A stretch of DNA of 64,000 nucleotides from an uncultured Alphaproteobacteria bacterium (GTDB lineage: Bacteria > Pseudomonadota > Alphaproteobacteria > RF32 > CAG-239): the NCBI GenBank assembly GCA_944390915.1, contig CALXRS010000005.1, positions 7,663 to 71,662 of the forward strand, read 5' to 3'. Shown here piece by piece: positions 16,997-26,520 of this stretch. The position numbers and the translations under genes were made by a program. The stretch's first letter is position 1. Each line of letters starts with the position of its first letter. Below the pieces are notes generated by a model, which saw nothing but the letters and a program-made list of their open reading frames with translations, did no database searches and was not told the DNA's origin.

Positions 16997-17593
16997 ATGA
17001 AGAAACTTTTGCTTTTTGCCGCGGCCGGTCTTTGCTGCGCCGCCGGCGCCAACGCTCAGGACATCAATCTGCCCGAACCGCAGACAACCGGCGGCATGCC
17101 GTTGATGGAAGCCATTGCCGCGCGTCGCACCGTTCGCGCTTACAGCGAGCGTCCGCTGGCGCCGCAAACGGTGGCCGACCTGCTGTGGAGCGCCTGGGGC
17201 ATTTCTTCCGCCGACGGCAAAAGAACCGTGCCCACCGCCCGCAATCAGCAGGATATTGACGTCTACGCGGTCATGGCCGACGGCACTTATCTTTACGACG
17301 CCAAAAACAACCTGCTTAAACAGGTAACGACCGAAGACCTGCGTCCGCTGCTTGCCAAACAGGATTTTGTTTCAAGCGCGCCGCTGCATCTGCTTTTTGT
17401 TTCCGCCAATAAAAAATACGGCGGCATGCATGCCGGCTCCATGTATCAAAACGTCGGCTTGGCCTGCACGTCCATGGGGCTGGCCAATGTTGTGCGCGGC
17501 ATGATTGACAACGAACAGCTGAAGCAAAAACTTAATCTGCCCGAAGAGGAGGAAGTTATCATCAGCCAGACCATCGGCTATCCGGCGGAATAA
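16997..17593 (+). CDS. nitroreductase-family protein with an N-terminal signal peptide
   Basis: MKKLLLFAAAGLCCAAGANA/QD followed by the nitroreductase fold (RRTVRAYSERPL...). AGGAG lies 6 nt upstream of the ATG at 16997. Confidence 0.8.
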   Translation: MKKLLLFAAAGLCCAAGANAQDINLPEPQTTGGMPLMEAIAARRTVRAYSERPLAPQTVADLLWSAWGISSADGKRTVPTARNQQDIDVYAVMADGTYLYDAKNNLLKQVTTEDLRPLLAKQDFVSSAPLHLLFVSANKKYGGMHAGSMYQNVGLACTSMGLANVVRGMIDNEQLKQKLNLPEEEEVIISQTIGYPAE

Positions 17594-17603
17594 CCGACCA
17601 CGC

Positions 17604-17644
17604 AAAAACAACCGGCTTTTTGAAAAAAAGCCGGTTGTTTTTTT
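17604..17644. terminator. bidirectional Rho-independent terminator
   Basis: A 13-bp stem CAACCGGCTTTTT/AAAAAGCCGGTTG flanked by an A-run and a T-run, between convergent genes. Confidence 0.8.
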
Positions 17645-17659
17645 GCCCCGCGGCACGGT

Positions 17660-18271
17660 TTATTTATCGGCGAGAATGAGTTTCAGACTTTCAAAATTGA
17701 GCCCGAGTTTGCGGTTGTCCGCTCCATAGCCGAGGCTCTGCGGAGAGGCGGCGCCATCGATTTTGAAAGTAAGGGTAACCACGTCGTTTGAGCGCAGATA
17801 TTTTCTGGCGATTTTAACGGTTGTCGAAGGTTTTTTGCGCCCGTACAAAAAATCCCATTCGGCAAGCTTTTTCTCGCCGCGAAAAACCTGCACCGACACC
17901 CGGTTGTTTTTTTGGTTAAGATAAGGGTTGACTTCAAAATCGAGAATAACGCCGGCAGTGATTTCCGGCATGGTCAGCCGCAGTTCCGCGGTGTTGCCCA
18001 CGCTCCAGATGCCGCCCGCGCCATAGTCGGCCGTCCCCAGAAAATCAAAATACTCCGAATTGCCGGAAAAGTTATAAGTCATGAAATATACAACGGGCGC
18101 GGGAGCTTTTTTCTGCCGGAAAACGCGCTCTTCGGTAAGCGAAAAACTGCGCTCCGCAAACAGGTAGTAGTCGGCATAATAACGGCAGATGCCGGGGCTT
18201 AAAATGCAATAGTTCACTCCGTAAAAAACGATTGCCAGCAGCAACACCAGTAAAATCTTTATTTTGGCCAT
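17660..18271 (-). CDS. hypothetical membrane-anchored protein
   Basis: 203 aa with an N-terminal hydrophobic anchor MAKIKILLVLLLAIVFYGV. No motif recognised. Confidence 0.55.
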   Translation of the reverse strand: MAKIKILLVLLLAIVFYGVNYCILSPGICRYYADYYLFAERSFSLTEERVFRQKKAPAPVVYFMTYNFSGNSEYFDFLGTADYGAGGIWSVGNTAELRLTMPEITAGVILDFEVNPYLNQKNNRVSVQVFRGEKKLAEWDFLYGRKKPSTTVKIARKYLRSNDVVTLTFKIDGAASPQSLGYGADNRKLGLNFESLKLILADK

Positions 18272-18383
18272 GGATTCCCCGTCACAATGGTTGTCTTGGT
18301 ATAATTATAACCAAATTATCGAACAAAGCCAACAACAACGACAACACCGCCGGCATTCTTCACATTTCTGTAACTAAAGCCGA

Positions 18384-20297
18384 CTAACCGTCGTCTTTTT
18401 TATCGCCGCCGTGCAGTTTCAGGTTGCGCAAAAACTGCGCTTCTATCTTCAGATACTGATCAAGCAGCCAGCGCGAACGGGAAAGCAGCGCCAGAGTGAG
18501 AAACAGCAAAACAAACGTGACTTTCGGATTTTCGGTCAAAAACTGATGAACCACGGTGATGATGAAAAACGAAAGCAACAGCAGCCGAAAACTGGTCATG
18601 ACGACAAGCGGCAGACGGTTGGCCTTTTTAGCTCGCCACAGCTGGTAATATATTTTGGCCACGGCGGCGTTGGAAATAAGAAAGGTTTTGAAAATTTCCA
18701 TATTTCCCGCCGGAGCATTTTCCGCCTCCGGCAATTCTTCGGATGTCTGCGCGGCCGCGACCGGCTCTTTGTTTTTTTTGCCTTTGCCGATTGACCAAAA
18801 GCCGAACCGACCGGCAAACACGCCGACAAAAGAATTAAGAAACGAGGGCAGAACAATCTCCCAGCCGATTAACGCTTTCAGGAAAGGCGACATCAGAGCG
18901 AAAGTGAGCAAAGTCATAAAAAGGCGGCACGGAATATCCGGCAGCACCGGCCGCAGATACGGTCGGATAAAATGAGCCGAAAAACCGACGATGGCAAACA
19001 AAATTACCGACAGCAGCGACAAACGGATAACATAGTTCTTAAACAAAACGCCCCACAGACGATCTTCCGAACGGGTGGAAACAGGCGTGCTCTTGCACAG
19101 ATAGCGATTCCAGGAATCGGGGATTTTCTTTTTTATCAACCGGTAGGCCGGTTCGGCCGAACGTATCATCAGCGGCGTCAAAAAAGTGGTAATGACGGAA
19201 ACAGCGACAATCACCGGATAGACCTGCGCGTTCAGCACCCCCAGACTCATACCCAAAGCGGCGATAATAAAGGCAAATTCGCCGACCTGCGCCAATGAAA
19301 AAGAGCACAAAACGGACGTTTGCAAAGTTTGTCCGGAAACCGCAAAACCAAAACAGGAAAAACAGACCTTGCCGACAACGACAATCAGCGTAACCGCGGC
19401 TATCGGTCCGGCATAGGCGGCAAACATGAGCGGATTGACCAGCATGCCGACGGAAACGAAAAAAACCGCGCCGAAAAAGTCTTTCAACGGTCGGGTTATG
19501 TTTTCGATACGGTGCACGCATTCCGTTTCCGACAGGACGGAACCGGTCAGAAACGCCCCGAGCGCGGCCGAAAAGCCGCAGGCCGTGGCCAGCCAAACCA
19601 TACCGAAACACATGCCGACGGTTATTATCAGGAGCATTTCGTCGCTTAAAAAAGACGCCAATTTTTTCAATAGCGTCGGCACAACATATATGCCGATAAC
19701 AAAACTGAGCACCAAAAACGCCAGCAGGCGGAAAGTGCTAGCGGCAAGCTCCGCACCGTTTATGCTTTGCCCCAAAGCAACCATCGGCAACAGCACCAAC
19801 AGCAAAATCCCCACCAGATCTTCTATCACCAACACCCCGAACACCAGATCCGTAAACCGCTGCTGTTTGACGTTCAGGTCGTCAAAGGCCTTGATGATGA
19901 TGGTGGTGGACGACATGGAAATCATCGACCCCAGGAAAAAGCTGTCCATGGCCGACCAACCGAGCAGAAGCCCCGTGTAGTAGCCCAGAAACAACATGAA
20001 CAGAATATTGGCGGTGGCGGTCATCGTTGCCGCCTTGCCGACATTTAGCATCTTTTTGAAGCTGAATTCGAGCCCCAAACCGAAAAGCAGGAAAATCACC
20101 CCGATATCCGCCCACAGACGCAGATTTTCACGATCGCTGACGGTGGGCAGCAGGTCGAAATACGGCCCGGCGAAAATGCCCGCCAAAACATAGCCGAGCA
20201 CAATCGGCTGCTTTAACTTTTTACATATCAGCGTGGTAATGCCGGCATAAATGGAAATCAGCGTCAAATCCACAATCAGCGCATGTATGGTATGCAT
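18384..20297 (-). CDS. cation:proton antiporter (CPA2/Kef-type) with an extra C-terminal membrane domain
   Basis: 637 aa. The N-terminal ~390 aa resembles a Na+/H+ exchanger (GYVLAGIFAGP...GLEFS). The C-terminal ~240 aa adds further hydrophobic helices instead of an RCK/KTN domain. Confidence 0.8.
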   Translation of the reverse strand: MHTIHALIVDLTLISIYAGITTLICKKLKQPIVLGYVLAGIFAGPYFDLLPTVSDRENLRLWADIGVIFLLFGLGLEFSFKKMLNVGKAATMTATANILFMLFLGYYTGLLLGWSAMDSFFLGSMISMSSTTIIIKAFDDLNVKQQRFTDLVFGVLVIEDLVGILLLVLLPMVALGQSINGAELAASTFRLLAFLVLSFVIGIYVVPTLLKKLASFLSDEMLLIITVGMCFGMVWLATACGFSAALGAFLTGSVLSETECVHRIENITRPLKDFFGAVFFVSVGMLVNPLMFAAYAGPIAAVTLIVVVGKVCFSCFGFAVSGQTLQTSVLCSFSLAQVGEFAFIIAALGMSLGVLNAQVYPVIVAVSVITTFLTPLMIRSAEPAYRLIKKKIPDSWNRYLCKSTPVSTRSEDRLWGVLFKNYVIRLSLLSVILFAIVGFSAHFIRPYLRPVLPDIPCRLFMTLLTFALMSPFLKALIGWEIVLPSFLNSFVGVFAGRFGFWSIGKGKKNKEPVAAAQTSEELPEAENAPAGNMEIFKTFLISNAAVAKIYYQLWRAKKANRLPLVVMTSFRLLLLSFFIITVVHQFLTENPKVTFVLLFLTLALLSRSRWLLDQYLKIEAQFLRNLKLHGGDKKDDG

Positions 20298-20419
20298 TTA
20301 TTTTTCCCGAAAAACAATTATGAAACACTTTTTTTCAATATAAGCGTTTTTTATTTAATTTCAGTTAACCGGAAAAAATGAGCTTTCAAAACATGCCGTC
20401 GAAAAAACATGAGAAGTTT

Positions 20420-20605
20420 TCAGGCTGTTTTGGCCGCGGCCACGTTCAGGCGCGCCTGCTGTTTGCGATATTGGCTGAAAAGAAACAAATTGCAGGCAAT
20501 GGCGGCGCCGCGAAGAACCAAACGTCGCTCGTCATCGTGGATGGTTTCGTCGAGCATTGCAAAATATTCGGCCAATTCTTTCGTATCGGTGAATTTTAAT
20601 GACAT
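20420..20605 (-). CDS. hypothetical 61-aa protein
   Basis: ATG at 20605 with a strong GGAGGG 5 nt upstream. No homology recognised. Confidence 0.45.
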   Translation of the reverse strand: MSLKFTDTKELAEYFAMLDETIHDDERRLVLRGAAIACNLFLFSQYRKQQARLNVAAAKTA

Positions 20606-20802
20606 GATGCCCTCCGTTTTTTTGTTTGATAACTCATAATAACATGTTTTTTGAGCAAATTTTATGACGTTTTTATGACATCGGCGTCTTGTCGCCGGCG
20701 GCGGGCGTATTTGTCTTATTTTTGTAATTGAACATTAAAACAATTTGGTTTAGTTTGTGAAAACGGGATTAAAAATTTTTTTTGAATAACGGGAAAAACA
20801 TT

Positions 20803-21663
20803 ATGACAAAAGTCACCTGGAAACCGGGAACGATGGAATATCCGCTGCCGCCCGTCATGGTCAGCTGCGGAAGCATGGACAAACCAAACGTGATGACGGC
20901 CGCCTGGACCGGCATCGTCAGCAGCGAGCCGCCGATGACTTATGTTTCCATCAGGCCTTCCCGCTATTCCAACGAAATTATCCGCCAGAGCGGGGAATTT
21001 GTCATCAACCTGACAACCCTGCCGCTTATTACCGCCGCCGATTTCTGCGGCGTCAAATCCGGTCGGGACATTGACAAATTCAAGGAGATGAACCTGACCG
21101 CCATGCCCTGCGCAAAGGTTTCCTGCCCGCAGATTGCCGAAAGTCCTGTTTCCCTTGAATGCAAGGTGGTCAACATTGCCAACTACGGCAGCCACGATAT
21201 GTTTTTGGCCGAAATCGTCGCCGTTGACGTCGACGACAAATATCTCGATCAGGACGGCAAACTGTGGCTGGAAAAAGCCGGGCTCATTGCCTATGCGCAC
21301 AACTACTATTATACTTTGGGCAGAAACGTGGGCTTTTTCGGGTTTTCCGTCTGCCGCAGCGCGCTCAAAGCCCGCGAAAGAATGAAAAACGTGGTGGTGG
21401 AAGTGCGGGAATCCAAAGTCTCCCTGCCGGCGACAGGTAACAAATTTGCCCGCAAAAAATGGAATGCCGGAAACGGCGGCGGCAAAAAACGCGGCGGAAA
21501 ATTCAGCCATGGACGCGACAAGTTTGAAAAAAACCGGCAAATACATTTTGACGATTCCGCCTCCGGTAAGGGCAAAAAAAAGAACGATGCGAAGCGCCCG
21601 TCTGCGGAAAATAACTTTAACCGTCGTCCGCGGCCGGTGATGGCCAAAAAACGCGGTGCCTGA
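20803..21663 (+). CDS. flavin reductase-like protein with a ~100-aa Lys/Arg/Gly-rich C-terminal tail
   Basis: The N-terminal ~185 aa has the flavin reductase fold (YPLPPVMVSCG...VMTAAWTG). The tail reads KFARKKWNAGNGGGKKRGGKFSHGRDKFEKN...RRPRPVMAKKRGA. I prefer the ATG at 20803 over the TTG at 20782. Confidence 0.8.
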   Translation: MTKVTWKPGTMEYPLPPVMVSCGSMDKPNVMTAAWTGIVSSEPPMTYVSIRPSRYSNEIIRQSGEFVINLTTLPLITAADFCGVKSGRDIDKFKEMNLTAMPCAKVSCPQIAESPVSLECKVVNIANYGSHDMFLAEIVAVDVDDKYLDQDGKLWLEKAGLIAYAHNYYYTLGRNVGFFGFSVCRSALKARERMKNVVVEVRESKVSLPATGNKFARKKWNAGNGGGKKRGGKFSHGRDKFEKNRQIHFDDSASGKGKKKNDAKRPSAENNFNRRPRPVMAKKRGA

Positions 21664-21712
21664 TTTTGCCTGCGGCCGGCAAAACCGCACCGCCGGCGGC
21701 CGAAAAAAATTT

Positions 21713-23074
21713 TTAAGCGTACGGATTGCCCGTTTTGCGTACGGTTATGCGGATGGGCACGCCGCCGAAATCGAAAGTGTCGCGCAAACTGTTTACCAGA
21801 TATCGCAGATAACTGTCCGGCAGCCCTTCGGGATTGCTGGAAAAAATGAAAAATGACGGCGGTCTGGTTTTGGCTTGAGTAATATAGCGCAGCTTAATCC
21901 GTCTTTTGTTTTTGCCGAGCGGCGGCGGATAGTCGGCGGTAACGTCGGCAAACCACTGGTTCAGCGGCGCGGTAGGCACCCGGCTGTTCCATTGGCGGTA
22001 TATTTTTAAGACGGCAGCCATCAACTTGTCGAGCCCTTCGCCTTTTAAGGCGGAAATGGTGACGGTCGGTATGCCCTCTGCCTGCGTAAGCGAAGTTTTA
22101 AGCCGATATTTTAAGCGATCGATAGCCTCTTTTTTGTCGGCGATGTCCCATTTGTTGACGGCTATCACCAAAGCCCGGCCTTCGTCCAATACTTTTGAAG
22201 CGATGGTCAGATCCTGTTTGTCCAGCACGGCGTCGGCGTCCAATACCAGTACGGCGACTTGCGCCATGTTAACGGCCTGCAACGACGAGGCGGCGGACAT
22301 TTTTTCAAGCGAATCTCCCACCTTGGATTGTTTCCGCAGTCCGGCCGTGTCCACCAGCCGGAATTTTTGCCCTTTCCATTCCCAGTCGGAGGCAATGGCA
22401 TCGCGGGTTACGCCCGCTTCGGGGCCGGTCAGCATCCGTTCGTCTTTGAGCAGGGCATTAATGAGGGTCGATTTGCCGACGTTCGGACGGCCGACAATGG
22501 CAACCTGTATTGTTTTGTTTCCGGGGGCTTCGCCATCGTCTTCTTGTTCTTCTTGTTCTTCTTGTTCTTTTGGAGCCTGCCGGACGTCAAGTTCTTTCAG
22601 GGCGTCGTAAAGATCGGCCAGCCCGAGACCGTGTTCCGCGGAAAAAGGTATCGGTTCGCCAAGCCCCAGCTTGTAGGCTTCAAAACGTCCGTTTTCCTGT
22701 TCTTTGCCTTCGCATTTATTGGCCAACAGCACAACCGGTTTGCCTGCCCGCCGCAAAATGTCTGCAAAATGCTCGTCATAGGGCTGCACGCCCGCGCGCG
22801 CGTCATAAAGAAACAGACAGGCGTCGGCGTCCTCGATGGCTCTTTGCGTCTGCAGCCACATCCTTGCTTCCAGGTTGTCTTCGTTGCTGTATTCGTAGCC
22901 GGCCGTATCGATAACCGTCAGTTCAAGGTCGTTCAGCCGCGCGGAAGCTTCCCGCCGATCGCGGGTTACGCCCGGTTTGTCGTGAACAATGGCCAGCTTG
23001 CGGCCGACCAGCCGGTTGAACAGAGTCGATTTGCCGACGTTTGGTCTTCCGATAATGGCAATTTTAAGCGGCAT
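21713..23074 (-). CDS. der: ribosome-associated GTPase Der (EngA)
   Basis: Two GTPase domains (GRPNVGKSTLFN and GRPNVGKSTLIN) plus a KH-like C-terminus. Confidence 0.95.
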   Translation of the reverse strand: MPLKIAIIGRPNVGKSTLFNRLVGRKLAIVHDKPGVTRDRREASARLNDLELTVIDTAGYEYSNEDNLEARMWLQTQRAIEDADACLFLYDARAGVQPYDEHFADILRRAGKPVVLLANKCEGKEQENGRFEAYKLGLGEPIPFSAEHGLGLADLYDALKELDVRQAPKEQEEQEEQEDDGEAPGNKTIQVAIVGRPNVGKSTLINALLKDERMLTGPEAGVTRDAIASDWEWKGQKFRLVDTAGLRKQSKVGDSLEKMSAASSLQAVNMAQVAVLVLDADAVLDKQDLTIASKVLDEGRALVIAVNKWDIADKKEAIDRLKYRLKTSLTQAEGIPTVTISALKGEGLDKLMAAVLKIYRQWNSRVPTAPLNQWFADVTADYPPPLGKNKRRIKLRYITQAKTRPPSFFIFSSNPEGLPDSYLRYLVNSLRDTFDFGGVPIRITVRKTGNPYA

Positions 23075-23088
23075 GCCTTTCTCCCGAA

Positions 23089-24414
23089 TTACTGATAGGC
23101 GATAATTTCCGCATCGCGGGTGGTAATGACAACTTGTTTGTCGGCGACCACCGGCGGCAGGGACGAACCGTCGTCAATTTCGATATAACCGAGAATTTTT
23201 CCGGTATAGGGCGAAACGTAAAAAGTGTAGCCGTTGGCGGTGTTGACCAAGAGCCTGTTGCCGATGAGCAGAGGTCCCGCATAAGTTACGCCGACCTGGT
23301 CGGAAACGTTGTTGCCGGCAGGAATTTTCGTATCCCAGATAATTTTTCCGCTGTCGGCTTCAATGGCCATCAGGCGGGCATCGTCAGCCAGCACGAACAG
23401 ATATTTGCCGGCCAGCCAGGGCAGATTGGCGGAGCTTATTCGTCGTTCCCAAATTCGCTGCCCGCTGCGCAGGTCGATGGCCACCAGCAAATTATTGCTG
23501 CCGGCGGCATAAACGACGTTTTCGCCGATGACCGGCGCCGCCAGAATGGTATTTATATCTGCCAACAGATTTGTTCTTGTCGTCGAAACCAGATAATCGT
23601 TCCATAGGGGGGAACCAGTGCTTGCCTTAAAAGCGCGAAGTTCGCCGTTGGAAAAACCGGCAATCAGGACGTCGTCGGCTTCGCTGTAGGCGGGCGCCGC
23701 CCCGCCGACTTTGGTCGTTTCTTCCGCGGCGGCGGTATAGCGCCAGATTTCGCTGCCGTCGTAAGCGTTAAGGGCAAACAGGGAATTGTCGAGAGCCTGA
23801 ACAAAGACTTTGCCGCTGCCTACGGTCGGCGCCATCCGGATGGGCGAGTTCAGAAAATATTCCCATTTAACTTTTCCGTCTGCGGGGCTTATGGCAAATA
23901 CGCCGCCGAAACCGGTGGTAGCAAAGAGCGTGCCGTCATGCCAGGCCAGTCCGGCTCCTTTCAACGATATTTCTTTGTCTTCGCGCAACCTTGGTTTTAA
24001 GCGTTGGCGCCACAGGCGCTTGCCGTCTTTTTGGCTGAAAGCGCTGACCATGGCGTCGGCGTCGATCGTGAAAACGGTATTTTCGGCAATGACCGGTGCG
24101 GCAATCAGATAATCGCGGGCGGAAGCGCCTTTGCCGAAACTTTTATGCCATACTTGTCGAAGATTTTCGTTGCCGGCGGGATGTTTGATGTTATGCGCGG
24201 CGTTGCCTCCCGTTTGGGTCCATTCGCCGTTGGTCGTCGGGGCGGGGAGCGTGATGGTGATATCGCCCGCCGAATAATCCGCGGCAATGATTTCCCTTGT
24301 GCTTAAAACGGGTATTCTTTCCCCGTCGAGAACAAGTTTTTCCTTGTCAAACAAACCGCAGCCGGCCAAAACGGAACAACAGGCGGCGGCAACGAAAAAT
24401 TTGTACAATTTCAT
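23089..24414 (-). CDS. bamB: outer-membrane protein assembly factor BamB (PQQ-like beta-propeller lipoprotein)
   Basis: Lipobox LAGCG, repeated beta-propeller blades, and the conserved position between the yfgM-like gene and der. Confidence 0.85.
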   Translation of the reverse strand: MKLYKFFVAAACCSVLAGCGLFDKEKLVLDGERIPVLSTREIIAADYSAGDITITLPAPTTNGEWTQTGGNAAHNIKHPAGNENLRQVWHKSFGKGASARDYLIAAPVIAENTVFTIDADAMVSAFSQKDGKRLWRQRLKPRLREDKEISLKGAGLAWHDGTLFATTGFGGVFAISPADGKVKWEYFLNSPIRMAPTVGSGKVFVQALDNSLFALNAYDGSEIWRYTAAAEETTKVGGAAPAYSEADDVLIAGFSNGELRAFKASTGSPLWNDYLVSTTRTNLLADINTILAAPVIGENVVYAAGSNNLLVAIDLRSGQRIWERRISSANLPWLAGKYLFVLADDARLMAIEADSGKIIWDTKIPAGNNVSDQVGVTYAGPLLIGNRLLVNTANGYTFYVSPYTGKILGYIEIDDGSSLPPVVADKQVVITTRDAEIIAYQ

Positions 24415-24429
24415 GCCTTACTCCGTGTC

Positions 24430-25104
24430 TTATTCCTGCGGCAGCACGGCCATCATGTCGCGAATGCGGGCTTTGACGGTTTCCGCGGTCTGTCCGTTTT
24501 CCAAAATCAGGTTGTAATACCGTTTTGCTTCGTCGATTTTTCCGTCGCGCAGATTAGCCAGCGCCAACATTTCCTGCGCGCTTGCCTGCCAGCTGTTGTC
24601 GTTGTTGTCGGCAATTTCCGCAAGCAGTTGTTCAATTTCCGCAATCGGGGCGTTTTCCAGTTTATAGGAGGCCAGCTTCAGAATAACCGTGTCGCGCAGA
24701 TGAGGATTAAACGACTTATCGTTAATAATTTCTTCCATCAGGGCAAAAGCCTCATCATTTTTCTTTTGTCCGAGCAGAATATTGGCCTGTTGCATTTTTG
24801 CCAGTTCCGAAAAAATACCGTAATCCCTGCCGGAAATATAACCGAAAGTTTCCATGCTTTCGTCTGTTTTTCCCTGATTCTGCAAGCTTAGGGCATAGGC
24901 ATAGGAATCGGACCATTGCTGCAGCCGGTGCCGATACCATGCCTTGATGCTTTCATAACTGACGGCGGCGGTAAGGGCGGCCACAACCAAAATAATGATG
25001 TATAGGCCGTATTTGTCCCACATTTTTTTCAAAGATTCGTTTTTTAAGTCTTCGTTGACTTCTTTAATAAAGGCTTCCTGTGCGCCGGTATCCAGTTCTC
25101 TCAT
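24430..25104 (-). CDS. YfgM-like TPR membrane protein
   Basis: An N-terminal single TM helix (LYIIILVVAALTAAV) followed by TPR-like helices. Located upstream of bamB. Confidence 0.7.
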   Translation of the reverse strand: MRELDTGAQEAFIKEVNEDLKNESLKKMWDKYGLYIIILVVAALTAAVSYESIKAWYRHRLQQWSDSYAYALSLQNQGKTDESMETFGYISGRDYGIFSELAKMQQANILLGQKKNDEAFALMEEIINDKSFNPHLRDTVILKLASYKLENAPIAEIEQLLAEIADNNDNSWQASAQEMLALANLRDGKIDEAKRYYNLILENGQTAETVKARIRDMMAVLPQE

Positions 25105-25186
25105 TATTTCCTTCTTTCATCGTTGGTTTTCGGTTAATTCGTTATATTAAGCAAATAGTTTGCTTTGGCAACAGAAATATTTGCCG

Positions 25187-26359
25187 TTAATGCAACATCA
25201 GATAAATAATAAAATCGCGTGTCCACTGCAGGGCTTCCACCGGCACCGAGCGACCGAAAGCAAGCATGTCGGTGTCGGTAATGACGGCCAGATAATAGCG
25301 GTCTGCCGCCGGATCGTATACCACGCGGATGTCGCGGATGCGGTCGAGCGGGGCATATTTCTTGCGGGAGACAAAAAGGATTTTGTGAACCAAAATCACT
25401 CGTCCGTCTTTGATGACGATTTTGTCTTTCTTAAACATCAGGCCGATGAAAAAGACGGCCAAGGCCACGGCGAGCGTAAAAAACAGACCTGTTTGGAGAG
25501 CCGAGCCGACAAGGCGGGAAATTTGCTCGTAGTTGAGGGCGGCAATTGCCAGCAGCAAGAGATAAAACCCCAGCCAGAACACGCCGAGCAGGCTGAAAAT
25601 GCTCCAGAATATGCGTTGCGGCTTAATAATCGTGCGATCCGATTTTTTTATGAGAACGATTTCTTCGGGGGGGGGCGGCGTATTTTCGTAAACCGCCAAC
25701 ATGTCTTTGTCGGCCAGATATTCTTTGAGGTTTTTATCGAGCTCGGCCGGTTCTTTTATGTTTGCGCCTTCGTCGGTATCGAGGATGGTCGGCATGCCGA
25801 GACGTCTGGCGTAGTAATACCATATTTGATAAATGCCTGTGCCGTCGGTGGAAATATAAAGCGGAATTGTTTTTTGCGGATCGCGGTGTTCGAGTTCCAC
25901 AATATATTTGTTTTTGTTTAAGATGCCGAACTGGAAAAATTCCACCCGCAGGCGCACGCCGTTGTAGTTGCGCAAAAACTCGCGGAACAGTTCGTTTTCG
26001 CCGAACACGCCGCGAAGATCAACGGAAAATGTTTTGCCGTTGAAAAATATTTTTTTGTAACGGATATAAGAAACGACGGCGCCGATAATAATGCCGAGCC
26101 CGAGGATGATAAAAGCCGTATCCACGGCCGTATGGCTGAAAAGCGGCGGGCGAATGTCGGGATCGAGTTCATAGCCCAGACTTTCCGGATCGTACATGCC
26201 GCCGGCAAGCTCCGCCAGACCGATGACGGCCATCAAAAAACCGAGCACAATCCCTGGCATAACCACTTTAAGCGGCATCCGGTCGTCCTGTTTGGCGGGA
26301 ACTTCGTCCAGTTTTAGCTGATAATCGTAACTCAAATGCTTGGGAAGTTTTTTTCTCAT
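25187..26359 (-). CDS. hypothetical multi-pass membrane protein
   Basis: 390 aa with several hydrophobic helices. GGAGGA lies upstream of the ATG at 26359. No motif recognised. Confidence 0.6.
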   Translation of the reverse strand: MRKKLPKHLSYDYQLKLDEVPAKQDDRMPLKVVMPGIVLGFLMAVIGLAELAGGMYDPESLGYELDPDIRPPLFSHTAVDTAFIILGLGIIIGAVVSYIRYKKIFFNGKTFSVDLRGVFGENELFREFLRNYNGVRLRVEFFQFGILNKNKYIVELEHRDPQKTIPLYISTDGTGIYQIWYYYARRLGMPTILDTDEGANIKEPAELDKNLKEYLADKDMLAVYENTPPPPEEIVLIKKSDRTIIKPQRIFWSIFSLLGVFWLGFYLLLLAIAALNYEQISRLVGSALQTGLFFTLAVALAVFFIGLMFKKDKIVIKDGRVILVHKILFVSRKKYAPLDRIRDIRVVYDPAADRYYLAVITDTDMLAFGRSVPVEALQWTRDFIIYLMLH

Positions 26360-26520
26360 TTCCTCCGTCCTCGTTATTTTCCGTTAACTTTTGCCCAATG
26401 TTAGCCCATATTTATTAAATAATCATCTTTTTTTTATGAAATATAACGAACTTTTATCATATTTTAACCAATGGCGTATTATGTTTGCCCCATAACGCCG
26501 GTAGATTGGGGGAAAACGTA

